Notes under the pieces: generated by a model | Database searches by the model: none | The model's input: the letters and a program-made list of their open reading frames with translations, nothing else | What the model was told of the DNA's origin: nothing | From: Tricharina praecox | Lineage: Eukaryota | Length of the DNA: 64,000 bases | Assembly: GCF_024521635.1 (NCBI RefSeq) | Contig: NW_026250416.1 | Location: forward strand, 682,001 to 746,000 | Direction of reading: 5' to 3' | Part shown: positions 1 to 12,118 of the stretch, piece after piece | How the letters are laid out: each line of letters begins with the position of its first letter | Position numbering within the stretch: position 1 is the stretch's first letter | Made by a program: the position numbers and the translations under genes

Positions 1-196
1 CGGAGACTCGTCGCAGGCTGTGGAGTTCGTCTTCGGTGGGGTGTCCGCCATCAGCCGTCGCCTCGGCATATACCGGCAGGCCGTGGGAGCCCTTCTCGCT
101 GGAAAAGTGTTCCAACCCCGCCTTCTCCTCCTCCACCGGCAGCACGGGCTGGTGCGCTTTGGCGACCTCGACGGCCTCGAGGGTGCCGCTATTCAT
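1..196 (-). CDS. PTR2: 5' end (partial, runs off window) of a POT/PTR family di/tripeptide transporter
   Basis: ATG at 196-194 reads MNSGTLEAVEVAKAHQPVLPVEEEKAGLEHFSSEKGSHGLPVYAEATADGGHPTEDELHSLRRVS; the PTE(D/E)EL..LRRV motif is typical of fungal PTR2 N-termini. Only 65 codons are visible. Confidence 0.7.
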   Translation of the reverse strand, partial: MNSGTLEAVEVAKAHQPVLPVEEEKAGLEHFSSEKGSHGLPVYAEATADGGHPTEDELHSLRRVS

Positions 197-2342
197 GGTT
201 CGATGTGTGGGGGGGGGGGTGCACGCTTGACGACGGAGTGTCGAGGGTTCGGGTTCGGACGAGCAGCAACTGACGATGATGACGAGGGGAAAGAACAATC
301 CGGGGAACGGGGACGGCAGAGAGGGAGGGAGGCCTGGTCTTTTTACACAACACAGGTGAGGTACGTCTTCGCTCGCTGCTGTGTTCCGGCTCGCGCTCCA
401 TGGCATGCCCGCCGGCCTCGATCCGTGGCGGAGGGTAATTTACCGTATGCACATTGCACAAAGGTAACTGATTGCTGGGTGCGCGCAACTGTGCCCAAGA
501 ACAGCAGGTGCAGTGCAGCGTCCGTCGCCGCCACCCGCCCTCGACTGTCCGCCCTCCCTCCCACTGCGCGCTTCCTTCCGCCTGGGGGCCGAGAAGGCAT
601 TCTGTTTCCCACAGCAGCAGCCATCAGCCTATCGGAGCGTGCCAGTCACCCTTGCTCGCAGGAAACGGAGCCTACCCAGTCTTCCTCGACATGTCCTGAC
701 TCCTGGGGCGGGAACCGCAAAAGCCAAGTGTGCGCGCGAATGCTTGTCTCTGCTCTAACGGCCACTATCACCACCACCACCACCACAACGGAAGGGGAAT
801 GTCGGCCCTGCCTACTGTGCTCTGCTCCAGTCCACTCCACTCGGTCCTAGTTCCCAGTCAGTCCGTTATCGTGGCCGTGTGGAGCGTGATAACCCTGCAA
901 GACCAAGCCGACGATAGCATGCGTTACATACTTCACTCAAACACCAGCACCATCCGTGCTGGAGGCGGCCGGCGACGAAGAGACCTCACACGACAGACAG
1001 CTCTGTACTTACCCTGGTCGGCTGATAGATACCGGTAACTAACGAACTAGCCTAGTCCCACTCCGATACGCTACCACAGTAGAGTTCCATGCTGACATTG
1101 CACCGTTGCCAAGCTTCCACAGAAGTCGACCGTCTCAATGTGATGCACGATCTGCAACACCGATAATCCCCGAAATCCCGAAACTCTTTTCTCACCACCC
1201 CACCATCGCACACGCCACATACTGCCATACACACACATGGGGCAGGGTGTCAATCTTGGTAGGGAGAGGGGGAGGGAGAGGGGGAGGAAGAGGATGAGCG
1301 TCGAGGAGGGAGATGAGGGGCCAGCGAGGGGGGGAAGTCGAGGAGACGACGAGGGAAACACGAGGGGGAAGGAATACTCGATCACCTTCCCCTTCCCACC
1401 TTCCGCGTTCAACCGCTTCGCAGGCATGGTTGGGCCGTACCTTCCCTCCATCTGCACGTGCAGCGTGCTGACCGCCCTCAAGACTCCACTGTCCAGAGTT
1501 GAGTTGCGTTTCCAGATCTTTCTCACAGGGATCACATTCACTCCACACCGCACGGCGCACGCCGGCGAGTTGCAGAGCCCTCTCAGTGTCGGACGGCTCC
1601 GATCTCGTCCTCCGCACCCCAGAACCATCCATCTACCGTCTGTTTCCGTAACCGCCTTCTGCCCTGGACCCTGGTTGGCCCACTAACCATGGGTGCCGTC
1701 GCGATTGCAAATTCTACATACCACCTATGCGGCGGTGGAAGGGTGATGAAATCATTCCGCTGCGCGCGCTGTGCGACCGCTCGGGTGGCCAATGCTGACT
1801 CTCGACACTCGTGGGCCATGTCTGCGGCGCGCATCATAGCATGTGGTCCGCGACACGCGACCAGCGTTCGTTCGCTCCTTTCCTTCTGCCTGTCCGGCTG
1901 GCTCTCGCAATTCGCCTGGGCCCCCCTGGGAAGAAATAGCAGGATTACCCCAACTTCCCGCGCGCCAATCACGGGCGGGGCTTTACTGAATATCAGCAGA
2001 AGTCGCACAGAACTCGAAACCCGGAAGGCGGCGAGAGGGTAAGTTCTCCAACTGCCACTAATTAGGTTACGAGCTACTCTAGCACGCTACGCTTTAAGCA
2101 TGTGCAGGCAGCGCAGGCAGCGCAGCACGGACGGCGGCGCATGCTTCCCGTTGCGGCAGCATACCGCCGCGGGTGCAGACGAGCGAGGAGGGTGGAGGGA
2201 TGTTTGGGATGTTTTTCACCGATTGATAAGGAGACAGATGACTTCCCGAAAAAGCGTGGGAAACTGCTGCTGCAAAGGGGACGCAATCCATTGGCGCTGC
2301 CTTACATACCGCACCCACCTGAGAGTCTGAGACCTCCGTTTG

Positions 2343-2387
2343 GAATGCTGAAGCCTGAGATGCTGAAGCCTGAGATGCTGAAGCCTG
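2343..2387. repeat. 15-bp tandem repeat x3 (ATGCTGAAGCCTGAG)
   Basis: Read directly from the sequence. Confidence 0.9.
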
Positions 2388-3157
2388 ATTCGATACGCCA
2401 GGGTTAGGGTGGCGGCCCTGTGGGGCATTGGATGTGATGTGATGACAGTGATGTAACCATTCCTCGGAGCCTGGAGTCTCAAGCTTTGACATGTGCAATA
2501 ATGCTTCTATGTACTTCTTTTTCTTTTGCTTCTTCTTCACTTCCCCTCGCGGTCTTGTGGTTTCGGGTGGCCAACTAGACACTGACAGAACGGCACCCCC
2601 GAGGGCCAAAGGTAGGTTTCAAGACCGGACCCGCCGATGCATGTCTTGTAAGTTGTATGTAAGTAGGTACTCGTATGCAGAGTAATCTTACATGAGGAGT
2701 CGGTTTATGCTTCAATCATCACGATCGGTTTGCCCGTGGGCCGTAAGCACCCTAACTAGAGTAGGTACCTACTCTGGAGAACTGGTATCGATAATCGATC
2801 CACGCACACTCTCCTCCATCACCCCCACTCAACCTCAAAGTCTGCCGCAAGCTGCTGCAGAATACAGTGTAAGTACACTGCAGCTGTCAACGGCAGTGGC
2901 GCTCTCAGCATCATCATAGGGTATCTACTCAGATACGATTAACTTCCGAATGTATGTACCGGCATAGCAGGGGTTAGTAGCAGTAAGTTTCTCTCCGAAT
3001 ATTGACCCGATGCGGACAAGCGAGGGGTCGCAGCTTCCCGTGCGAATGAACCGAGGCATCGCCATCGATCCCTGTATGGCATGTGTTACATAAGCGGGGA
3101 GGAGTGACGTGACGTGAAAAGCCCAGCAGCACTCAGCGGCGGCGGCGGCGGGATGGC

Positions 3158-3158
3158 A

Positions 3159-3190
<32 letters not shown>
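3158..3190. repeat. (AAAG)n microsatellite; a (GGAA)n tract follows at ~3380-3420
   Basis: Read directly from the sequence. Confidence 0.9.
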
Positions 3191-6100
3191 GGAGCGTTTG
3201 CTTTTGTTGGGCGTGCGTGCGACACTGGATAGAGGCGAGAGAGAGAGGAATGGAAACGTTTCGATCGTGCCTACAGACGTGAAATCGATGTCTTTCTCCG
3301 TCTCACGTTCTGGTGGCGTCCGGTGTGCACCGGGGATGGGTGTCTATGATGTCGTGTTTTCTTCTATCGGTCAAGCGACAAGGAAGGAAGGAAGGAAGGA
3401 AGGAAGGAAGGAGGGAAGGGATTTCGATTTTAGAATCGCAAAGATAACTATCGGTATCGGTATCCATATTCTTGGAAGTTCGAAGTTTGGACATCCCAGC
3501 TTCGGATCTCGAGCTCACGGCAATTATTTCCGCCGAGAGAGATCGGGGCCAGATAGACAGCATTTCTCCTTATCCACGATGTACTTTCTACGGTATCATG
3601 CTCAGGAAGCCCCAAGACCTCTCGAGTCTCTATCTCGTTCGGAGCATCGAGAAAAACAAACCCCACTCTCATCCGTGGACCGTGGCAGCTCACCATCACC
3701 TCACCATCACCAAGGACCAAGGTCGCCGACTCGTCATGGCGTGGCGGCTACCAGCGGATGTTCATTTTTGCCGCCACACCCTCCCACTGGGCACACGTGT
3801 GTCCTGCAGGCTGCAGCCGTTGATCTTCTGCACGTATGGAATTCATGCAGCTGCTACTATGGTAACTAGCGGCTCACTTTCCGCAGGCCACTTTTCGCAG
3901 GCGATTCACCCGTTTCGGGGTTTGAAGTTTCGGATTTTGAAGTTTGAAGGTTGAAGGTTGAAGTTTGGGCTCGGCGACGGGCAACTCCTTCTGTTTGGGA
4001 AGAGGGAGGCATCGCTGGAGTCGGAAAATTGGGTTGGGTGGAGTGTGGTGGTGGTGGAAGGCACGTGGTTGAGTATAAAGGAAGAATGGAAGGAAGGAAG
4101 AAAGGATGGAAGGAGGACAAAGGTGCAGGTATGTAAGGCATGCGGGCAATCTTGAATCGTGGGCTTAATTGCACATTGCTGAAATTAAACCCTCCGCAGG
4201 AGAGATAGTAACATTGGTGATCCACGGTACAGGATGATAGCACGAAACCTGGTATGTAGATATCTGGTATCGGCTCTATCCGATGGGTGAAACTTGATGT
4301 TAGGTGCCTGAGTGGTGGGCGGGCACTGGACACTGGACACTGGAGAGCAGGTGGCAGAGATAGTTACCGGTAAAGGACCCCAGGGCTGTGGTATCATGGT
4401 ATCATGTACCGGTATCCCATGGAGCTGGAGACGTACACAAGTAGTTTGCCTGCACGCCGAAATTCGAATGTTAGTCGACCTGATTCGATTGATAGAGCAG
4501 GAGCATTCTCGGACTGTTGGCCGACCTGCATTGGACTTCGGTGACGTCTGGATATTTATACCTACTGGGCTCGATATAGTACCGTACATGCCAATCTAGG
4601 ATTATGGGCATGATACCTAGGCCCTACATGAGGAACCGGTGGTAGGTGCGAGCTCTACGCTGGTCGATACCTCTGTGATCAACCGACCTTTCTATGGCGG
4701 GCTCGGCATGGCGATCAATCGAAGCGCTGTCCGTTCACTCGACCAGCCAAAGAATCCGACGTATCGGAGGAATCCCGCGCCTTACGCCTTCCCGGAAGTA
4801 CGAGCCCATCGCCAAACTGCTGCACTTTTCGCACTCGCTCTCGCTCTCCGGGGAAAAGCTTCGACAACGTACGGTACTGGTATGTATTATCTTCTATCTA
4901 TATCGTATCGGAACCCATCAACGCTGCAGTTCCTTCCCCCGCTCGGCAGTCGGTAGCTCCAAGCCCGAACTGCCCAGGAACCCGGTGAACCGTTCAGCTG
5001 ACAGACGAGCCAACAAACGAGCCCGACTATAGCTAGTAGCGGTCCCTTCCCCTCTCTTCTCTCTACCGGTTCCACAAACCCGGTCTAGCTGCCACCGCCG
5101 ATTATGTATGTGTGGTTCTCGAATGCTTTTCGGTTTCCCCGGACCCCCACATTTATGCACGCAGAGAAGCTCAGACCACATAGATACCTACCTGGTGTAC
5201 CTGAGTCCTGCAGTGGCGCACCTGCCGTGGGGGACTAGTTAGTACCGGTACCTGGAGACCGTGGAGTACCGTTGTAGATACCCAGGGAGCCGCCCGGGCG
5301 TCGCCGCCTGGCTGGGCATATTGGTTGGAATCGGTATGTAGAAAGTAAGTAAGATGTCAATGTACTAATTAGTCCGGCTACAAATGGCTAGCAATGGAAA
5401 CGGGATCTTGTGAGGATGTTCATTTGGTTGCATGTTTGGACCTTGGCTCGACCGGGTGTGTGTCATGAATTAATACTCGGTTCCGGACATTCCGCTGCTG
5501 GAGTCGGGGTAAATTTTGATTTTACTCTCCTGCTAGAGGCTAACTAGAGGGTACCGGGGAAGGAAGGGGAAGGATTCTCGAAGCGACCGACTGGATAGCG
5601 GGGTTCGAAGGTGTCACATTGCCATACCAGCTCGAGCTCGAGCTCGTCGTGGCATCATCCTCTCACAGCTTTATGTGATCGCTCCCAGTGCCGCTCACAT
5701 GCTTACCATTCAGATCCGCAGATCATGCTGCCTACTACCTAGTACACTACGAGTCTACTACCCTTGGCGAGTGTTGTACGTCGTCGTGAAATGCTGGATG
5801 CTGGTTGCGCTCCTCAGAGTCTCAGACCATGGTGACAGTCTGACAGATGCCAGGGCCGATATTCGCTCTCCAAAGAGGGGTATCTGCACTATCCACGAGG
5901 GGGATGGTGGAACGCATAGGTGAGTGGGGATGTGCGGGGTAATTGTAGCCGGTGAGCGGTCTTCGGAGACCCGGGGAATCGCGTTCTGGTACAATGGTAC
6001 CAGTGAAGGCCTGGGGGTATTTTTGCCCCGTGGAATAGTAACATGTTCAATAGTGAGTGCCCAATATGAAACATCGCAGCTGCTTCAGATTTACGTAAAC

Positions 6101-6610
6101 ACTGCTAAGCAGTCGGCGCCGAGCGGGTTGTGTCGGTAATTGGGGCTGTATATAGCGCTTCATAATATGTCACCCGTATCGTAGTGGCTGTGGCTATGGC
6201 CGTGGCCGTGGCCGGGGAAACTCGGAGCACGTCCCATGCGCCTGCGACTGAAAGATCGGAATGATTGTATGTGCCGCCGCACAGGTACAGAGTCAGCTCG
6301 CTGTGAGATACGTCATGTCGCATCGCACCAGAGATGCTCTCTCACCTTCGCAATGGAACTTTTACAACGGAATCTGTTTCATCCGCATTCATTTCTTCGA
6401 TTCCGACGCCCCCTTTCTGATTTTGCTGCCATGTTTCTTCCAACGCCCCAACGTCTGATAATTGATAGCTCTTTCACCTCGTTCACCCTGTTGCTTTCCC
6501 GTTTGAACACTGCAAGTTGAAGCAAACGATCGAGTCGAGACCGAACAAAGCCTACCGCCGCCCATCGATATCCCCCTCCCTCCCAGGTCCCCTACTAAAT
6601 TCCTTCAGAT

Positions 6611-7234
6611 ATGTCTTCCGACAGCCCCATGCACCCACCCGCACCCGCATCCCCACCCTTAGACGCATCATTCCCGCGCCTCCCCACCACCCCGCCGCCG
6701 GAGCACACCCCCGCAGAGCGCCTCAAACTCGGCGCGCGCTACTTCAACTGGCTGATGCTGACGACCCAGCATCACGGGTCGGTCGACCTAGAGCGGCTTG
6801 TGAACGCCAAGGGGGCATGCATGCTGCGGGCGCCGTGGACGTGGAGTGAAATCCTCGGGACTGGTACGCGCCACTGGCTGGCGGTCGGACGGTTCTACGG
6901 GCTCGGCTGGACCGAGGCTACGCCGGAGACAGCGATCATCAATCAGTGGTGCGACTTCGTGGGCGTGCCAGTAAATCTGTGGGCGAGCCCGTGGGACTGT
7001 GGGGAGTATTTGGCGGGACGGGGGTGCTCGAGTACGGGGGGATGAATCATTGGATGCGGGCGGCGGCGATGGCGAGGGTGCGCAGTCGGAGATTGTGGTC
7101 GATGCTGCCCTTCTGGCCTCCCACAACTCTTGCCGAAGGTGTTTCGGGAGAAACATCGGTATTTCAGAAGAAACATCGGTATTTCCTACAAGACTCTTCA
7201 ACTTCGCAACCGGAACGAACGGCCATCCTCATGA
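6611..7234 (+). pseudogene. Hypothetical protein, copy 1 of tandem pair; frameshifted in the 3' half
   Basis: ORF 6611-7045 (144 aa) aligns with copy 2 up to FVGVPV. Homology then continues in another frame (LWGVFGGTGVLEYG) after an imperfect 20-nt duplication at ~6959-6998. Confidence 0.6.
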
Positions 7235-7836
7235 ACTATCACATCGCTTTGGCTTTGGCTGTGGCTGGGGATGTGGCTATGGCTGGGGAAACTCGGAGCA
7301 CGTTCTATGCGCCCTCGAGGTTTGCCGGGGCAGATAGGTATTATTCTCCGTTAGATTTTCGTAGTCAGAAGTGCTGTTCATTCTATTCGTACTTCCCCTT
7401 TCCAAGAAGTCGTAAGAACAGCTGAGAATCTTCTCGGACCACGATGGAAGCAGCTACGACTGACAGATTGGAATGATCGTATGTGTCGCCGCCATGTTCT
7501 CGCACAGGTATCATAGGTATTGCTCGCGGTGGGATAAGTACGTCATGTCGTTAAGCCCCAGACGAGGCATCGCGCCAGAGATGCACTCTCACTTTCGCAA
7601 TGGAACTATTCCAGCACCCCCTTTCTGACTTGGCTGTCTTCGAACTTTCTCTCAGCGCTCCAGCGTCTGATACTTGATAGCTCTTCTACCTCGTTCACCC
7701 TGTTTCTTTCCGACCCCTTCCATAGCCGCTTGAACACTGCAAGTCGAAGCAAACGATCAAGTTGAGACTAATCCAAGTCTTCCGCCGCCCATCGATATCC
7801 CCCTCCCTCTCATTACCCCCACTTCATCTATCAGAA

Positions 7837-8478
7837 ATGTCCTTCGACAGCCCCACGTACCCACCCGAACCCACATCCCCACCCTCAGACGCAGCCCCAC
7901 CCTCAGACGCAGCCCCACCCTCAGACGCATCCTTCCCCCGCCTCCCCACCACCCCGCCGCCAGAGCACAGCCCCGCAGAGCGGCTTAACCGCGGCGCGCG
8001 CTACTTAAACTGGCTGATGCTAACGACCAAGCCCCACGAGTCCGTCGACCTGGAGCGGCTCGTGAACGACGAGGGGGCCTTCATGCAGCGGGCGCCGTGG
8101 ACGTGGAGCGTTATCGTCGGGACTGGCATGGGCGGCTGGCTGGCGGTCGGACGGTTCTACGGGTTCGGCTGGACCGAGGCTACGCTAGTGACAGAGGTCA
8201 CGGATCAGTGGTGTGACTTCGTGGGCGTGCCGGTCACTCTATGGGGGTTATTTCGCGGGACAGGAGTGCTCGAGCATGGTTCACGGGAAGGGACGGACCA
8301 GGGCGCGCCAATGGCGGGTAAAAGCATTGTCGGGGTGCGCGCTCGTTTTTGTGGTCGCTGCTAGGTCGATGATGGCCCTCTAGCCTCCTACACTCTGTCT
8401 GAAGGTGTTTCGGAATAAACATCGGTATTCCTACAAGACTCTTCAACTTCGCAATTGGAACGAACGGCCATCTTCATA
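7837..8478 (+). pseudogene. Hypothetical protein, copy 2 of tandem pair; open ORF 7837-8364 (175 aa), 3' part disrupted
   Basis: MSFDSP...RLPTTPPPEHSPAERLNRGARYLNWLMLTT...WLAVGRFYGFGWTEAT is paralogous to the 6611 ORF. Contains an 18-bp repeat x3 (PPSDAA). Confidence 0.6.
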
Positions 8479-8887
8479 AAATATCACACCGCTGTGGCTG
8501 TGGCTGTGGACGTGGATGTGGCTGTGGATGTGGCTACGCTCATGCTTCACAATCTCTCACCCTGCTCTAATGATTCCACTCCTTTTTCCTCCTTTTTCCT
8601 CCTTTTTCCTCCAAAGTTCACACGTAACTAGCGGTCCATAAAGCCGGGGATGTACGACATCATTTGGAACAGGCTCTTCCTATGTAGACCCACACGTTCC
8701 CAGAAACGCCACGTCTCGCCCCTTTTTCCTTCGTGCACGAGCTGAGCGAGCGAGTTTTGGCGTCGCCCACCTTTCTCGGCGATCCTCGAACGAAGACCTC
8801 CTCTCCAACCTTCCCCCTCCTCTCCCCTCCCCCACCCCACTCATCGTGAACCACAATCGCGTCGCATCCATCGACGGCGTCTTGTAT

Positions 8888-9017
8888 GTACCAGGAGCTG
8901 CCAATAAGTGGTGCCTCACCACCATTACGAATTATAAGCGCAAATAAGCACTAGTCTATATTAGGAGCGCACTAAGCCGGATACAATAAAATGAGTGAGT
9001 GGTTGTGACTAAGTTGT
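8888..9017 (-). mobile_element. ~130-bp dispersed repeat, copy A (probable non-autonomous transposon end)
   Basis: Reverse complement of 52808-52936 with about 10 differences. Contains hairpin GTGGTG-CCT-CACCAC and repeated TAAGC/TAAGT motifs. Confidence 0.7.
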
Positions 9018-9564
9018 AATGTACCCACATTCCAGATTCCTTCATGTTTCTCTCCCGCCGTTGATCGCTACTTCGGCAGCGGAAGCAAGTGCAAATACCG
9101 TAGGTCACTCCAAGACATCTTTCGGCCCATCATCCTTCGCACTGTGGAGTATGTAGTGTATCAACCCTGCATCCAATCTTGGTGGGTGCAAGCGAGCCAT
9201 CGGCTAAACCCGCCACTAAAATTGATCGCCCAACGGACCACAGCAAAAGGACGTCCCTCCGACCAGAGTCGAACTGGTGACCAACGGATGACCACTATGC
9301 AATTACAGTCCGGTGTGATACCAACTACACCACAGAGGGTTACGTGAGTGTTGAGCAACAGTTATATATATAGAGTAATCAAGCGAGACTGGTCTAATCA
9401 TCAAATTTTGCAGTACAAGTCCCGCTTCGAGAATCTTCATTCCGCCGATCAACGACGACATCTAATCCAGCCCTTTCAAAGCATCACACTCAGCCCTTTG
9501 AAAGCATCACACTCAAACATAACACTCATCCCATCGTACTCCTGCAATCCGCACCGCTATCAAC

Positions 9565-12118
9565 TCAATGCCACATCGCCTGCGGGACCCAACCTCCAAA
9601 AAATCCACAAAACAGTAGATGCGGCCACTTCATCACTGCTACACACAGAAAGCTCGCTATCACCCAAGAAAAAATTACAATTCTCTTAGATGAGGCAACA
9701 CTGTCTACCTCATTGGACGGCGTCGGCTGGACGACAACGGTATCGCTATATTGCGTTTCTGTACTGTATGGCGCTTTTTTGTCGTGGGTGATAACCGTGG
9801 AGGTGTAGAGGGTTGCTAACAGGAGATTCTCGCCATATGCTGCTTCGCCGAGGTCTCCATCCAGGGTCGTGGTGATCCTCGGGTTGCTCTTCTTCTCCGT
9901 TTCTTCCTCTGGTTCTGATTCACTATCGTCATCGACCTCCAACGTTTCAATATCGGACGGCTTACCGGTGATGACAGTTTTTATTTTTGCAGCTGTCGTG
10001 AGATGTCCGAATTCGACGGTCACGTCCGATTCGGTGACCGTGACGGCGAGGGTTTTAGGTTCGGATGGAAGGCTCTTGATTGTGACTTTGTGTTTGCCAT
10101 GCTCCTTGCTGGTCTTCGAGGCCTCTACTGTGACAGTGGTCATATCGTGCATAATGGCTGTGAAATCGATGCAGGTACCAGCCTCGGCAGCAGCAGACGC
10201 ATGCAGAGTTGACAGCCTTGCCTCCTCAGAGGGAAGAATCTCTTCATCCTCTTCCAATTCCTCGAGCGTCTCGATCTCCGTGGAGTCGACCGTATCACCC
10301 GGAGACGAATGTTCCGCATCCTCCTCCACCGGATCATTGCTGCGCAATGATTCTGCCTCGACGTTGATCTTATTCTTGACATTCAGCATGGCCAAGGGCT
10401 TCTTTCTCTTTGAACCTGCGCTCATGGTTGCTCCCATCCTATTCTCCGTGCTCGCTTCAGATCCGGTAGGATTGGATATCTGGTATTCCGCCTCCGTGAC
10501 CTCAGTGGTGGCTGTGTCAGATTCGGTAGGACCGGCAATCTCATGTTCCACCGCCATGACTGGTTCACTATTGGTGGGGAGGTCTAGCCAATCTTCACCG
10601 TCCGTCAAATCGCTGGCAACAGAAGATAGGATATACGTTCCGCGCGAACGTAGATTTCCCGGCAAAAGTTTAAAAGACACACTGGGGAAAGTTGTGCGGG
10701 ATCCTGTGGGACGTTCACTATCCGTGGGGAATGCATGCCCATCTTCACCGTCCGTCACATCGCTGCGAGTAGAAGCTCGGGTATGCTCTTCCATCGAAAG
10801 CGATTCCTCCAAAACGTCAAGCTCGGAATAGTCTGTCTCATGGATCACGAGGATAGTTGTGTCGGATTCGGTGGAATTGACTGTCCGATATTTCACTTTC
10901 GTGACCTCGGTGGTGATTGTGTCAGATTCGGTAGGACTGGCAATCTCATGTTCCACCGACTTGACTGGTTCCCAATCGGTGGAGAGTGCCTGCCCATATT
11001 TACAGTCCGGCACATTGCCGCAAATAGAATTTCGAATATACTCATCCATCGAAAGAAACCGTTCCTTCCAAACCTGATCATCGGAAAACTTTTTTTCATG
11101 GTTCTGGACATACGGCGTCCCGTTCGTATTAGCTTCCTGGTCGACTTTAGTCGTCGGTTCGATCTTCATGGGTGTTGCCTTGATCACATTAGGTCTGATG
11201 GTATTGGCCATCTGGTGTTTTCCCTCTGTGAGCCCACGGGTGGCTGTGTCAGATTCGACATCCGTGTCCGGTTCGCTATCGACGCGGCGAGCGATTCTTG
11301 GTCGAAAGTACGGCGTCTTCGGGGAGGTGATACTTGGTAAATCCAGTGCACCATATGCCGTATAGGCCCCCGGGAGCCCCAATACTTGTCCGATTTCCAT
11401 GGCGTCAGCTTCCGGAGTCAGCCCTCTCTTCTTTAATCGCGACATATCCCGTTCCGAGTCGAAGGTTTCTGATACAGATGCCGCCCTCCCCACCGTCTCT
11501 GTGCCCACCGGAACGAACATGAGATCGATGTTAGTAGCTCCAACTTTAGTCAAGCCAACAACATTAGCAGTTTACACCGGGATTGTGGTAGGGGGAAACG
11601 ATGGCGTACCTTCCAGTGTAGCAGAGAATATCGGGCACGTTGAAATTGTCATACTAAAGTGCTCGACTGGGCAGCTGGGAGTGGTGAAGACGGAAACGGG
11701 CGTGCCTTTGAGTAACTCCTCCTTCGTATGATCGTGTTCATCCGCACGTGGATAGACCGTAGATCCGTGAGTAGCCATAGCGTCATACCCATCCACGCTG
11801 GTAGTAGCTCTAACTTCATTCAAGCCAACATCATTAGCAGTTTACTCCGGGATTGTGGTGGGGAAACGATGGCGTACCTTCAAGTGTGGCAGAGAATATC
11901 GGGCACGTTAAAATTGTCATACTAAAGTGCTCGACTGGGCAGCTGGTAGTGGTGAAGACGGAAACCGGCGTGTCTTCGAGTAACTTCCTCATCATCCGAG
12001 GCGCCGTATCCGTGGGGTTGGCCGTCGCGTTTGAGAGGGGCTTGGGCTCTGGTGATCCTCCAATGACCGCCGGAAGGAAAAAGACCGGGATGATAGTAAA
12101 GAGATGGTAGATAAACAT
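9565..12118 (-). CDS. Secreted Ser/Thr/Glu-rich cell-surface protein, probably GPI-anchored, ~807 aa, 3 exons (12118-11878, 11813-11610, 11543-9565)
   Basis: Signal peptide MFIYHLFTIIPVFFLPAVIG. Two GTACGC...CTAAT...AAG introns join three ORFs in frame (LE-VRATT, LE-VGATN). Internal repeats (HEIAxPTESDT, SDxTDGED), hydrophobic C-terminus; paralog of 15390-16973. Confidence 0.75.

Larger units (their letters stand above)
6157..8540 (+). repeat. Tandem segmental duplication, two units of ~1.1-1.3 kb
   Basis: Shared blocks recur: TGGCTGTGGC tracts at ~6185, ~7255 and ~8492; GGGGAAACTCGGAGCACG at ~6214 and ~7286; CGCCGCCCATCGATATCCCCCTCCCT at ~6556 and ~7783; CCTACAAGACTCTTCAACTTCGCAA at ~7185 and ~8430. 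Confidence 0.9.

Noticed and set aside
1071..1628. ORF with a PCPMC motif suggesting a zinc deaminase
   Set aside because: No upstream HxE motif, no ATG start, and the frame crosses low-complexity sequence; a small lineage-specific gene cannot be excluded.
9565..12118. Frameshifted pseudogene interpretation of three separate ORFs
   Set aside because: Two canonical introns join them in frame.
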